From positions 22,051 through 86,050 of the IMG/VR virus record IMGVR_UViG_3300037312_001875: a stretch of DNA of 64,000 bases, one strand, 5' to 3'. A program made the position numbers and the translations under genes. The DNA comes from a virus (lineage: Duplodnaviria > Caudoviricetes). Below are positions 53,878 through 63,819 of this stretch, one piece after another (position 1 is the stretch's first letter; each line of letters begins with the position of its first letter). The notes under the pieces are model-generated. The model did not search any database. It saw only the letters and a list, made by a program, of their open reading frames with translations, and was not told the origin of the DNA.

Positions 53878-54758
53878 TGGGAATGGATAACTTTTCTTAT
53901 TTTCATTTATGTGACCATCAAATCAAAAAGGCTCAAAACAAAGGCGAGGTTGGTACCTTCTCTATTGAAAGCAATGATGAACAAATCCAGATTCTGACTA
54001 ATGGGGCAGCCATCATAAAGATTCAGGAAGTCCGTGTACTTGCATACGACGAGGTAGTGGAGATTGTGGAGGCTTACTATGACAATCTTGAGAGCGAGCA
54101 AACATACGACGACAAGGACCCCGGAGAAGTCTATTATGACGACAAAAAGCAGTTCCTTGTAGATTTTTCTAAGTATTTTCAAGAAGGGAAAACAATATCC
54201 GACCCATTGCCAGATACCTTTTACGCTCCTATTTTGCATAATCGAATCCAGTGGAATGTAAAGCCACCCAAGAAGTATCAAGTGACCGCAGAAGTAAGAT
54301 TTTCGAATGCTGGATACCAAATATATCGGGCGGCAGATTGCCCGGTTTGCGGCGGCTTGGGATGGTTTGTTGATATACTAAATAAAAATGGGCAATTCCA
54401 ACAGCCTACCGGTATTGCGAAAGTGGCGCAACGAGTGGTAAAGGATTTTCTTACGGAGCTGGGAACGTCAGTTTTTGATGATGCGTATGGAACGACCATC
54501 AAGAGAGATGCCATGGATTATGTGGCTGATGATGAATCGTTGTTTAATCAGATTAGAATTTCCGTTTCTAATGTTGAAGATGGTTACCTCGATGACCAAC
54601 AAAATGTTATTAGGGACCTAAGTTCAGATGAGATTTTACAATCCTTAATGGTGGAAGATGTTTACCGTTCCACTCAGAACCCCACTTTGGTGATTGTTCG
54701 TTTAAAGATTGAGACGGTAGACGAATCAAAGACTTTCCAGTTGGGATTTGGTTTATAA
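53874..54758 (+). CDS. Baseplate wedge protein (gp25/W-like C-terminus)
   Basis: CPVCGGLGW, then KVAQRVVKDFLTELG..YGT pattern; precedes the J-like gene. Confidence 0.65.
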   Translation: MMGMDNFSYFHLCDHQIKKAQNKGEVGTFSIESNDEQIQILTNGAAIIKIQEVRVLAYDEVVEIVEAYYDNLESEQTYDDKDPGEVYYDDKKQFLVDFSKYFQEGKTISDPLPDTFYAPILHNRIQWNVKPPKKYQVTAEVRFSNAGYQIYRAADCPVCGGLGWFVDILNKNGQFQQPTGIAKVAQRVVKDFLTELGTSVFDDAYGTTIKRDAMDYVADDESLFNQIRISVSNVEDGYLDDQQNVIRDLSSDEILQSLMVEDVYRSTQNPTLVIVRLKIETVDESKTFQLGFGL

Positions 54759-54773
54759 AAAGGAGGTAATGAT

Positions 54774-56804
54774 ATGGCGATCAATGATTTGTCAGTGAAA
54801 GAACAAGTGGTTCTTAACTATATGGAAGAACTACTGCGGGTTCAGTTCCCAAATCTTGACCTTAGTGAACATGGTGCATTTATGGAGACCTTTGGGTTAC
54901 CTCATATAAAGTTGCTAACACCTTTAATGGACGCGGCGGACAGAATCAAATTAACTCAAAGCCTTGATAATGCAGAAGATATGACTGAGGAAGAAATGGA
55001 TCGATTGGCGGCAGGATATTTTTTCTACCGGCAAGCAGGAGAATATGCCACAGGCTATGTCACGATGACATTTGATGACATTCCCGCAAATGGAACCATT
55101 CAAATACCTGCTGGCACAGAGGTTCAGAGCAAGCAAGGCCTATACTTTAAAAGTATTAGTACCGTTGTTCTCAATATTAATGACTTATCAAGTTATTACA
55201 ATCCTGATGAGTTCATTTACCAGATCCCTGTTCTGTTTGAATCCGAAAATCCAGGAGCAGATTACAACGTGGAATCAGGGGAGATTACAACTGTTATCAC
55301 GCCTTTAAATCATCTTACAGGTGTTTCCAATGACGCCGCCTTTAAAGGGGGGAAAGCTAAGGAGACCAACACAGAACTGGCTGACCGTATCCAGGAAACA
55401 GCCGGAACACCAAATTTAGGCGTAGAAAGAGGATGGGTGGCTTTTGCTAAACAGTTTCCAGAAGTGTTGGATGTCATTGTGGCAGGATTCGGGCACCCAC
55501 TTATGAAGAGAGATGTTATTGGCACTCTCCCGGCAGATAGAATCATTTCAACTCTTTCCCCCGACGTGCATTGGGGAGGTAAAGTCGACTTGCATCTCAG
55601 AGGGAAGAAACTGACGGAAGTAACTGAAACCTTAACGATTGAGAAGAATGCAAGCGAGGAGCTTTTTGTTCCGTTATCTAACCATCCAACTCACGACATT
55701 TTGGAGATAACATTTACCTCATCCAGATACACGGATCCCAAACTAGATCCATCTTTCTTTCAGGTAAAGGACTTTCTCTTAATGAAGGACGAAGATACGG
55801 AAACGATGGGGACGGTCAATGAATCATCCTGGGCGATTATTATTGATGACCGCCTCCTGGTAAACGATACCGTAACGGTCCGATACCGTTACAATCAGTT
55901 GTTTGAAGATATTAACGCCGCCTTATACACAGAGGATAATCGTCCTCCAGCAAGTGACGTACTGCTAAAAGAAGCCATTAAAAAAACCGTGCAGGGTGCA
56001 GCTATTCTTAAATTGGAGTCCTATACAGGTATTCAAGAAAAAGACAAGAGTGTGATAAGGCAGCGTCTATACAATTGGATTGATGAATTGAAGATGGGTT
56101 CGGAACTGCAAACCTCCGATTTTACGGAACCTATCTATGATTTTGGCAGTGATAGCATCGATTCGAAAGTCGATTACATCAGTTTGCCTACTCAATTCAT
56201 GGTAACAGATTACGATAATAAATATCTTTATTATTGCATGAATCAAGAAAAAAGAGATTTCCTTGATGAAATCATGGCAAATTCCACTTACTTTACCGAA
56301 TGGATTCCTTATTTCAGGGATAACGTCACGGTGTATGACTTTTTTGATGTCATGCATTTGTTAACTGTTCAAAATGTAGAAAAGGATGCATGGAAAACTT
56401 TGTCATATAAGGATCACGAATGGGGTAAAAAAGTGTACTTCTTCGGCTTAGCCAAAACCATGTTGGCCTATGTCAATTCCATTCAGCGGATGTCCCCTTC
56501 TAAATGGGTGGCTAAAGAAAATGCGTATTATGAACTTGGCAACTTAAGCATCTACGAGGATGTCACTTATACCGATACGGAACTGCAAAACCTAATTGAA
56601 CTGTTTGAGTCCATCTCCAATCCGAATGTGGACAACGATGATGATTATGTGACGGATAATATCCTCCACTTAACAATTTATTGCTGCACCATACTATATG
56701 TCATCACGACTGATAACGTAGGCGGATTAACGACTAAAGACTTCTTTAGTTGGTTATCCGAACTTTCTAAAGGTACGCCAATAGATTACGAGGTTCAGAA
56801 TTAA
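54774..56804 (+). CDS. Baseplate J-like wedge protein
   Basis: ATGYVT..IPAGTEV..GADYNVESGEI..GGKAKETNTELADRI, J-family motifs. Confidence 0.85.
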   Translation: MAINDLSVKEQVVLNYMEELLRVQFPNLDLSEHGAFMETFGLPHIKLLTPLMDAADRIKLTQSLDNAEDMTEEEMDRLAAGYFFYRQAGEYATGYVTMTFDDIPANGTIQIPAGTEVQSKQGLYFKSISTVVLNINDLSSYYNPDEFIYQIPVLFESENPGADYNVESGEITTVITPLNHLTGVSNDAAFKGGKAKETNTELADRIQETAGTPNLGVERGWVAFAKQFPEVLDVIVAGFGHPLMKRDVIGTLPADRIISTLSPDVHWGGKVDLHLRGKKLTEVTETLTIEKNASEELFVPLSNHPTHDILEITFTSSRYTDPKLDPSFFQVKDFLLMKDEDTETMGTVNESSWAIIIDDRLLVNDTVTVRYRYNQLFEDINAALYTEDNRPPASDVLLKEAIKKTVQGAAILKLESYTGIQEKDKSVIRQRLYNWIDELKMGSELQTSDFTEPIYDFGSDSIDSKVDYISLPTQFMVTDYDNKYLYYCMNQEKRDFLDEIMANSTYFTEWIPYFRDNVTVYDFFDVMHLLTVQNVEKDAWKTLSYKDHEWGKKVYFFGLAKTMLAYVNSIQRMSPSKWVAKENAYYELGNLSIYEDVTYTDTELQNLIELFESISNPNVDNDDDYVTDNILHLTIYCCTILYVITTDNVGGLTTKDFFSWLSELSKGTPIDYEVQN

Positions 56805-56819
56805 AAAGGAGGTGCACAG

Positions 56820-58406
56820 ATGTTAAGCAAGGAACAATCTGAGAACCTATTATATAGTCTTCCCAGTTTTTATCGCGATTTTCTTCCGGTGGATAATTCT
56901 CTCTTAAAACTTTATGACGTGTATGCCAAAACCATTGACTATGCGTGGAATGTTTACCGGGAAACAGAGGATGGTCAATTTATATCAACGACAAGAACCG
57001 TCAGCACTATCCCCTATTTTAAGGTCGATATAGAAGATGCTTTTTATAGTGTTCAGACAGCTGAGATCCTTTCTGGGATGAACTTCGAAGATCAAGTGGC
57101 ATACATGGATAAAAATAATCTCTATGCTTCTTTCAGTTTTTCTCAAAAGAATCAAACGGATGACCCTATCGTATACAGTATGAGGTTGATGATTAGTTTC
57201 ACTGATACGGTACCGCTAAAAATGTTTACCGATTATTTCATTCGTAACAATCGCTTGTATTTATTGCCGAGCTTTGTTCAATCCAACAAACAAGTCCTTC
57301 GTTATCTGCATGCGTTTGATATGAAAATAAACGACTATACATTGGAAAAGAATTTCGGCAGTCGGTTTCAATTAAAACCGGGTTCTCTCTTAACCCGCTT
57401 TGAATACCGCGATGTATTGGAAGCCTATATTCGAGCCTTCCAAGGAAATCTAACCATTCGAGCGTTAAAAGAGAGTATCCGACTGGCGACCAAATGGGAT
57501 ACCTTTTCGATTGAAGATATGAAAAGCCCATCAATTTCAGAGGCTAAATTGCAGTTATATAAAGACTGGACAATATCACCGTTGAAATTTTTGGTGACTT
57601 TGCCTGAAGAGTTGATTCCAGAAAAAGCAAAAACCAATATCGTGCGGACATTATTGAATGAGATCAAGGAATCCCAGACGGATTATATGTTGTTTTATGA
57701 TGTTCTTCGTTTGGATGAAATGCCGATTATGATGAAGAAAAAGCCGATTTATCATGTGAATCGAACGGACCCCATTAGGAATAAGGAAACATCAAAAGTC
57801 AGTAAGTTGACCTTAAAAGTTCACGACAATCCATTCGACTTATTCGGTACGTATGATACGACCTTTTTTTATAACCAAACCTTGGATTATGATGCGGAAC
57901 CGAAGCCTGAGATTGTGGGTATCCAACAACATAGTGCGAACTGGGATGAAACACAAGGCGATGACCAAGTAGCAGTTAAATTCTATTCTTTAATGATTCC
58001 TAGGAACTTTCATGCCAACAAAGACTTATCGGCTGAAACGATTACGTTCTCCGTTAATTCAAACCAAGATACAACAACCTCCTTCGAATTATATGGTGCA
58101 TTAAGAATCGATGGAACGTATAGATTGATAGAATCTGTTGCGAATAATAAACAACAAGGAACAATTTCCTTCCTACATAATGCAATAGGAAGCGGAAACT
58201 TGTATTATAAAAGTAGGTCGAAAGACCTATCGAAAGTGTCACTTTTCACTTTGCCTATCTACATTGGCGATCAATCGATGATCCCTATGTTTGATGAGGA
58301 CGACATCATTCACGAGGATTACTTGTTGGAAGAGGCGTATGTTGTAGACACTAGTTTAGGAATGCAATCGTTAATCGCTTATTTACTTGATATAACAGCT
58401 TATTAA
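56820..58406 (+). CDS. Baseplate wedge / tail protein I-like
   Basis: LLYSLPSFYRDF start; follows J. Confidence 0.6.
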   Translation: MLSKEQSENLLYSLPSFYRDFLPVDNSLLKLYDVYAKTIDYAWNVYRETEDGQFISTTRTVSTIPYFKVDIEDAFYSVQTAEILSGMNFEDQVAYMDKNNLYASFSFSQKNQTDDPIVYSMRLMISFTDTVPLKMFTDYFIRNNRLYLLPSFVQSNKQVLRYLHAFDMKINDYTLEKNFGSRFQLKPGSLLTRFEYRDVLEAYIRAFQGNLTIRALKESIRLATKWDTFSIEDMKSPSISEAKLQLYKDWTISPLKFLVTLPEELIPEKAKTNIVRTLLNEIKESQTDYMLFYDVLRLDEMPIMMKKKPIYHVNRTDPIRNKETSKVSKLTLKVHDNPFDLFGTYDTTFFYNQTLDYDAEPKPEIVGIQQHSANWDETQGDDQVAVKFYSLMIPRNFHANKDLSAETITFSVNSNQDTTTSFELYGALRIDGTYRLIESVANNKQQGTISFLHNAIGSGNLYYKSRSKDLSKVSLFTLPIYIGDQSMIPMFDEDDIIHEDYLLEEAYVVDTSLGMQSLIAYLLDITAY

Positions 58407-58424
58407 ACGTAGGGAGGGACAAAC

Positions 58425-58979
58425 ATGGCTCAATTTCCATTGACGGACTTACTCACAGGGATCAGAAGACTGTTTGTAGGTGTACAAGGGAAGGCAACAG
58501 ACGGTTCATATAAAGATATAAATGTCACCGATAATGGGGAAGTCAAAACCGTATTGAGTGCAAGTAACCAAGTAATTGGGCGGACCGTTTTGTCAGATGG
58601 AACCAATTCTGTTTCTTTGACTTCTAACGGAAGTGTAAAGACATTACCTGTAAATGGTTCTGGGACTGAAATATTCAGTACCACGAATCCGGCGAAAGTC
58701 TTTGTAACGGGGGCCACGACCTTTAAAGGAGCAAAACAATCAGTCTCCACGGCCGGAACTAAAGTGCAACTTCCGAGCTATGCCTGTACGAAGGTGACGA
58801 TTGTGGCACTAAAAGACAACACTGGTTCCATCTTTATCGGTGGTTCTGATGTAACACAAAGTGTATTCGGAGCTGAACTGGAAGCGAAAGATGCCGTCAC
58901 CATTGAAGTATCAAATACGAATTTAATCTACCTGACATCCAGTGTATCTGGTGAAGGAATTTCTTATTTCGCCGTTTAA
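58425..58979 (+). CDS. Phage structural protein
   Basis: Beta-rich; VTIVALKDNTGSIFIGG..IYL pattern seen in virion proteins. Confidence 0.55.
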   Translation: MAQFPLTDLLTGIRRLFVGVQGKATDGSYKDINVTDNGEVKTVLSASNQVIGRTVLSDGTNSVSLTSNGSVKTLPVNGSGTEIFSTTNPAKVFVTGATTFKGAKQSVSTAGTKVQLPSYACTKVTIVALKDNTGSIFIGGSDVTQSVFGAELEAKDAVTIEVSNTNLIYLTSSVSGEGISYFAV

Positions 58980-59001
58980 TCCAAGGAGAGGGGAAAAGCA
59001 C

Positions 59002-59553
59002 ATGCAAAAACAGGAATACATGGATGGTTTTTCTGGTATCGGGACGGTCACCGTTCGACCATTTAAGATTGAAAAAGATGGCACACGCACTTATTTTTCT
59101 GTAACAAAAAACAATTTGATTGTTGAAGCAGGGAGAGCGGCTTTGCTTGATTTGCTGGTAGGAGCAAAAAAGAAAAAGCTCAAATACATTCGCTGGGGAA
59201 AAGGGGGAGCAAAGGCATTTCCTGACGGTGATCCACTCAGTCCGATACCAGTTGATGACAAGGATACAGATGTTGTCACCAAATTACTAGACAAACCATT
59301 AAGTGCTTACACTCGTGTAACACCTACCCAAATTGATTATACGGAGACTCTGATTTGTGATGAAGTTGATTCTGATGTCAACGAAGCTGCTATGTTGTTT
59401 GAGGAAGAAACTACTTTGGAGAGATCCATTTTCGCTCGTATCACTTTCCCGACCGTCAGATTGCAAATCGTTCAAGGTACAGGAATTGAAATTAAATGGA
59501 CCTTCAATTTTACAAAAGCGGATGAGGTTCCAGCTTCAGTCACCACTATTTAA
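59002..59553 (+). CDS. Baseplate/tail-fibre attachment protein
   Basis: KNNLIVEAG..RWGKGG..NEAAML..FARITFP pattern; RBS before ATG 59002. Confidence 0.65.
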   Translation: MQKQEYMDGFSGIGTVTVRPFKIEKDGTRTYFSVTKNNLIVEAGRAALLDLLVGAKKKKLKYIRWGKGGAKAFPDGDPLSPIPVDDKDTDVVTKLLDKPLSAYTRVTPTQIDYTETLICDEVDSDVNEAAMLFEEETTLERSIFARITFPTVRLQIVQGTGIEIKWTFNFTKADEVPASVTTI

Positions 59554-59576
59554 TTGTAAGGAGAGGTGAAAAATAG

Positions 59577-60956
59577 ATGACACAATATGTGGATATTGAG
59601 TTTAGGGAACGAGTAACGTCCGCCCCTTTAAATAAAAGATTTAAAGATATTACTGGCCCTGCTATTCTAAGTGGATTCCGGTTGGATTTAGGAAGTGTAG
59701 ACTTCTCTATTAGTCTTAAAAAAGGTGACTATAGCAGCAGTGTCGCCATACATCCTAGTGGAGTCAGAATCGAGGAAGACCGAGACTTACTGGATGTAGT
59801 GGACATTGAGCCCAATGATTTAAATGAAGGAAATCCAAGGGTGGATTCGATTTATCTCGTATATAGCTTCGGAACGGAAGGAATTCCGGCATCTTATGTG
59901 GTCGTACATGGAATAGGAGGCGAAGATACACCATCTCCTAATCCTAACCCAAATACTCACTTACTCTTAGGATATATCAATGTTCCTCCTAATGGAGTGG
60001 CACCTAAAGTTACTGACTTAACTTCTGTGAATATTGGGATCAATACCCTTGAGGTTGCAAATAGTGCAACATTCAGGGGAGGTGCTACCTTTAAGGATAA
60101 AGTAGTATTTGAAAAGTCGGTCGTGTTTCTTGATGGAACAGATGGAGTGGAAGACCCGAATGGTTCGTTTTTTGAGCAATTGTCCTATCCTATCGTTGCA
60201 ACGGCAGGGCAGCAAACGTTCACCGTCCCTAAAGGATACGCACCAAAGACAAATAGTTTGAAAGTATACAAGGATTGGGTTATCCAACCTCCGAGTGTGT
60301 ATGATGAAAATTCATCGACAACTTTCCGTTTCTTAGATCCGTTAAAGGGCGGAGAGAAAATCTGGTTCGAATGGGCGCGTAACATCTCCTTATACAAACC
60401 AGAAGATCATAATCACGATACTTTGTATTACCGGAAGAACGAAGTGAATAATAGAAGCCTTCATTATTCCACAGATTTTTTTGCAGGACCTATCGGCCGT
60501 GTGATCAATCATTATTTTGGCACATTGGATTATATCGTCTTGCCTCCTGTGACCACGGACAAAGCCGCCGATGTGGGAGAAGTAACCGTCCAAAAACAAG
60601 AGGATTCCATAGTTGTGTACAATACAGGAACGTATAGAGGGAAATTCGACATTTCCTACTATCTAAAAAATTCCTTTCAATACACACCGAATAATGAGGA
60701 CATTGGGATGTTTGATATCACATCCACTGATTTGGATGCGAACAATAACAACTGGAAAGCCGTTAGTTATAAACGTTCGGACGGAACCCTCTATCTTAAA
60801 ACAACCCTTGAAAATTACGACGCTAGAGGATACTATCGTCGGATAAAAATTGATTATTATAACACAACGGGGACAACGGTTATTGATACGAAAAGATATG
60901 CCTTAGATTATAACGACAAAGGCATAATCTATCAAAAAACTCTTATTCCAGGATAA
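59577..60956 (+). CDS. Tail fibre (proximal) protein
   Basis: RVDSIYL..LLLGYINVP, ATAGQQTFTV..LKVYKD, HNHDTLYY fibre-type motifs. Confidence 0.65.
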   Translation: MTQYVDIEFRERVTSAPLNKRFKDITGPAILSGFRLDLGSVDFSISLKKGDYSSSVAIHPSGVRIEEDRDLLDVVDIEPNDLNEGNPRVDSIYLVYSFGTEGIPASYVVVHGIGGEDTPSPNPNPNTHLLLGYINVPPNGVAPKVTDLTSVNIGINTLEVANSATFRGGATFKDKVVFEKSVVFLDGTDGVEDPNGSFFEQLSYPIVATAGQQTFTVPKGYAPKTNSLKVYKDWVIQPPSVYDENSSTTFRFLDPLKGGEKIWFEWARNISLYKPEDHNHDTLYYRKNEVNNRSLHYSTDFFAGPIGRVINHYFGTLDYIVLPPVTTDKAADVGEVTVQKQEDSIVVYNTGTYRGKFDISYYLKNSFQYTPNNEDIGMFDITSTDLDANNNNWKAVSYKRSDGTLYLKTTLENYDARGYYRRIKIDYYNTTGTTVIDTKRYALDYNDKGIIYQKTLIPG

Positions 60957-60960
60957 ATGA

Positions 60961-60993
60961 AATAGGACGGGATTCGCCATCCTGTCCTATTTT
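60961..60993 (+). terminator. Rho-independent terminator
   Basis: AATAGGACGGGAT / ATCCTGTCCTATT plus T run. Confidence 0.75.
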
Positions 60994-61020
60994 CAAATAT
61001 AAACAAAGGAGTGAAATGAT

Positions 61021-61503
61021 ATGGCAGCACCATTAACTATAGAACAAATGATTATGAATCATAACATTGGCGTGAATATTTCCGATGCAGATTCGTTAGA
61101 GGGTCATAAAGCATCAGAATTCTCCTTGGTGGGACATAAACATAGCGCTTCGGATATTAATTCGGGAACGATGGGAACAGCCTATTTACCTTCGGCTTCT
61201 ACCACGGCAAAAGGGATTGTACAGTTGTCCTCCAATACGGATAGTACGGATGCGACAACCGCAGCAACCCCTTATGCAGTAAATCAAGTCAAAGCATTAG
61301 CGCAGGGAAAAGCGGATGCCGTTCACAAACATGCCGCCGCCGATATTAATGCGGGAACCTTTCCAGGGCGGATGGTGGCTCTTAGTGAGGATACAGCTGG
61401 GGTCCCATTCATCCGCAATATCATTGTTTCCACCATTCCACCTACCTCCTCTGTTGGAAAAGATGGCGATCTGTACTTTATCTATAAAGACGTTATAATC
61501 TAA
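61021..61503 (+). CDS. Tail fibre repeat protein
   Basis: ADSLEGHKASEF, HKHSASDI twice, ASTTAKGIVQLSS..AATPYAV phage fibre repeats. Confidence 0.75.
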   Translation: MAAPLTIEQMIMNHNIGVNISDADSLEGHKASEFSLVGHKHSASDINSGTMGTAYLPSASTTAKGIVQLSSNTDSTDATTAATPYAVNQVKALAQGKADAVHKHAAADINAGTFPGRMVALSEDTAGVPFIRNIIVSTIPPTSSVGKDGDLYFIYKDVII

Positions 61504-61523
61504 GGCTCGGAGGTGAGAAAACC

Positions 61524-63044
61524 GTGACTGGTTATATAAAGGTAAATGGCGTTCAAAAAGAAATCATTGGTGCTTATTTTAAAAAAAATGGCGTTTGGAA
61601 ACAAGGAATGGTGATGTCTAATAAGGTCAATGGGGTGTGGAAGGATGTATGGACAAGCGCCTATGATACACCAACAGGTTTAACCTATCCGACTACAGCT
61701 CAACGTGGCAGTTCGTTTACATGGACAGCTACTGCGGTTTCGGGTTCGGCTTATGAACTCCAAGCGAAATTAGGAAGCGGCACTTGGGGTGCTTCTCAAT
61801 TTTTCACAAACAATAGCAATTCTTATACGGTCACAACGGATGTGACGATTAATTCATTACAGCTAAGAGTGAGAACCGTTGATCCGACTGATCATTCCAA
61901 ACCGAGCGATTGGGTGACAGGTGCAGTAACAAGTTTAACGCCACAAAAACTTGCTACACCTACAGGTTTCACCGTTCCTACCAGCATTACGAGAGGTCAA
62001 AAGATTCATCTTTCGTGGAATGGTCTAGCTGGAGTATCGTATGCTGTTGAGGTTTACTATAAAAACAGTGCGGGTACGGCGACTCTTGCGACACAACTTG
62101 GAGTCATGACACTTGCAGCAAACGGAACCACCGGCATTGATTATACAGTCGTTACCGATACATCAAAAGTAAAAATCTATTTTAAATTGAAGGGTTCGAA
62201 AACGGGATATTCCGATAGCGACTATGTAACATCATCTGAAGTTACATTGACTGCGCAAAAACTTGGAGCCGTTACTACAATGAATGTTCCAACTCCTGTA
62301 AAAGGCGCAACCATCACCATCACTTGGGGATCAGTTACGAGTGCTGAATCGTATCAACTGGAAGTTATTTATGATAATCAAACATCGTTTACGCGAATTT
62401 ATACAGGCGGCACTCGTTCATTTAATTACACCCTGCCTAAAGACAAAGGTTATGTTCAATTCAGAGTGAGAGCAACCGCTACTAACTATGCGGTCGGAGA
62501 TTGGCATTATGCCTGGAATAATGGCGAGATTGGTGTTAAAATCCAAGACCCACCACTTAAAAACAAGACATGGACAGCGACGTGGACAGGGAACTGGAGA
62601 CCAAACTTCGGTGGCCAATGGAACAACGAGAATAATTATGTGTACCAAGGTAAGTGGACAGATTCGGGTGGTACATGGGGGAACTACAAAGGGATGGCGA
62701 TATTCAATTATCAGGACATCCAAAACACTTTGGAGGGTAAAGATATTGAAAAGGTTCAACTTTATTTTTACCGGGTGAATGCAGGTGGTTACGTGGCAGG
62801 TCAAGCGATAACCCTCTATACTCACAACTACTCCTCTCATCCTGATGGGGAACCTTCCTATTGGTTTGTTCAGGGACCGTTCAGTTCTTTTGCGCGGGGA
62901 GAAGGGAAATGGATTACAGTTGATAATTCGGTAGCAGAGAGACTTCGAGATGGAACAGCCAAAGGGATCGGTCTTTACCGTTCCGATGGGGCAGGGTACT
63001 TGTTCATGTCGACGAATGTCCAGCTATACGTTGAATATAGGTAA
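61524..63044 (+). CDS. Distal tail fibre protein with three Fn3-like repeats
   Basis: Repeated P..L..PT....G....(F/L)(T/S)W..V.G..Y.(L/V)(Q/E) units; aromatic-rich C-terminal domain. Confidence 0.7.
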   Translation: MTGYIKVNGVQKEIIGAYFKKNGVWKQGMVMSNKVNGVWKDVWTSAYDTPTGLTYPTTAQRGSSFTWTATAVSGSAYELQAKLGSGTWGASQFFTNNSNSYTVTTDVTINSLQLRVRTVDPTDHSKPSDWVTGAVTSLTPQKLATPTGFTVPTSITRGQKIHLSWNGLAGVSYAVEVYYKNSAGTATLATQLGVMTLAANGTTGIDYTVVTDTSKVKIYFKLKGSKTGYSDSDYVTSSEVTLTAQKLGAVTTMNVPTPVKGATITITWGSVTSAESYQLEVIYDNQTSFTRIYTGGTRSFNYTLPKDKGYVQFRVRATATNYAVGDWHYAWNNGEIGVKIQDPPLKNKTWTATWTGNWRPNFGGQWNNENNYVYQGKWTDSGGTWGNYKGMAIFNYQDIQNTLEGKDIEKVQLYFYRVNAGGYVAGQAITLYTHNYSSHPDGEPSYWFVQGPFSSFARGEGKWITVDNSVAERLRDGTAKGIGLYRSDGAGYLFMSTNVQLYVEYR

Positions 63045-63068
63045 TTAGTCCTACTAATATGATAAAAT
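63038..63068 (+). promoter_or_regulatory. TAGG-N8-CCTA operator (63038-63053) upstream of the extended -10 TGATAAAAT of the lysis genes
   Basis: TAGGTAATTAGTCCTA, then TG-A-TAAAAT 63060-63068. Confidence 0.65.
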
Positions 63069-63096
63069 AAAAGTAACAAATAAGGGAGGGATATTT

Positions 63097-63819
63097 ATGT
63101 TTAAGATTTCATTGAGCGCAGGCCACGGTTTAGGTACGCCCGGAAAACGCTCACCTGATGGTATGCATGAGTGGGAATTTAATGGTGCCGTTGTTACGAA
63201 AATGGTTCAATTGTTTTCCCAATACAAGGATGTAGCTGTGAAACGATTGGACAATCCAACTGGTGCGACAGACATTCCATTGAAGGATCGTGCTGCCGCC
63301 TCTGATGCCTTCGGAGCAAACTTCCATCTGGATGTTCACGCCAATGCCTCCGGTTCCACCTGGAACGATGCAAATGGCATTGAAACCTTCTGTTATAAAA
63401 TGCAGGGTGTAGGCTATGAAGTGGCTAAGAAACTTCAAAAAGCTTTAATCGACGCGACAGGACTTAAGGATCGTGGCGTGAAAGATGGAGAAGATCTATA
63501 CATGATCAATCATCCGAAAGCGCCAGCTGCCTTAGTGGAATGCGGATTCATGACCAATCAAAAGGAAGCGGCCCTTTTAAAATCAGACGATTATCGTACG
63601 AAAGTAGCAAACGCATTGGTAAGTGCATTTGCCTCTCACTTTGGATTGGTGAAGGTACAGCCTGCTCCAACTCCTGTCACTCCAGCAAAACCGACTCCTT
63701 CTGTAACTGGAAAGTTGTACAAGGTGCAAGTTGGGGCATTTAGCAAGAAGGAAAATGCAGATGCCTTAATTAAAGACTTAGCTGTAAAAGGCTTTAAGGG
63801 TGCAGTCATTTATGAATAA
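63097..63819 (+). CDS. Endolysin: Amidase_3 N-acetylmuramoyl-L-alanine amidase plus SPOR domain
   Basis: SAGHG, EWEFN, DVHANA, ALVECGFMTN; C-terminal LYKVQVGAFSKKENADAL. Confidence 0.92.
   Translation: MFKISLSAGHGLGTPGKRSPDGMHEWEFNGAVVTKMVQLFSQYKDVAVKRLDNPTGATDIPLKDRAAASDAFGANFHLDVHANASGSTWNDANGIETFCYKMQGVGYEVAKKLQKALIDATGLKDRGVKDGEDLYMINHPKAPAALVECGFMTNQKEAALLKSDDYRTKVANALVSAFASHFGLVKVQPAPTPVTPAKPTPSVTGKLYKVQVGAFSKKENADALIKDLAVKGFKGAVIYE

Noticed and set aside
41150-63044. Tailocin or extracellular contractile injection system
   Set aside because: Capsid, protease, neck and replication genes are present, so a true phage is more parsimonious.
264-63743. Numerous 60-160 aa ORFs in the track lying antisense to, or nested in, long genes (e.g. 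264-509, 1101-1460, 3021-3512, 44816-45133, 62418-62840)
   Set aside because: They are shadow frames of well-supported genes, with no RBS and no recognisable motifs.
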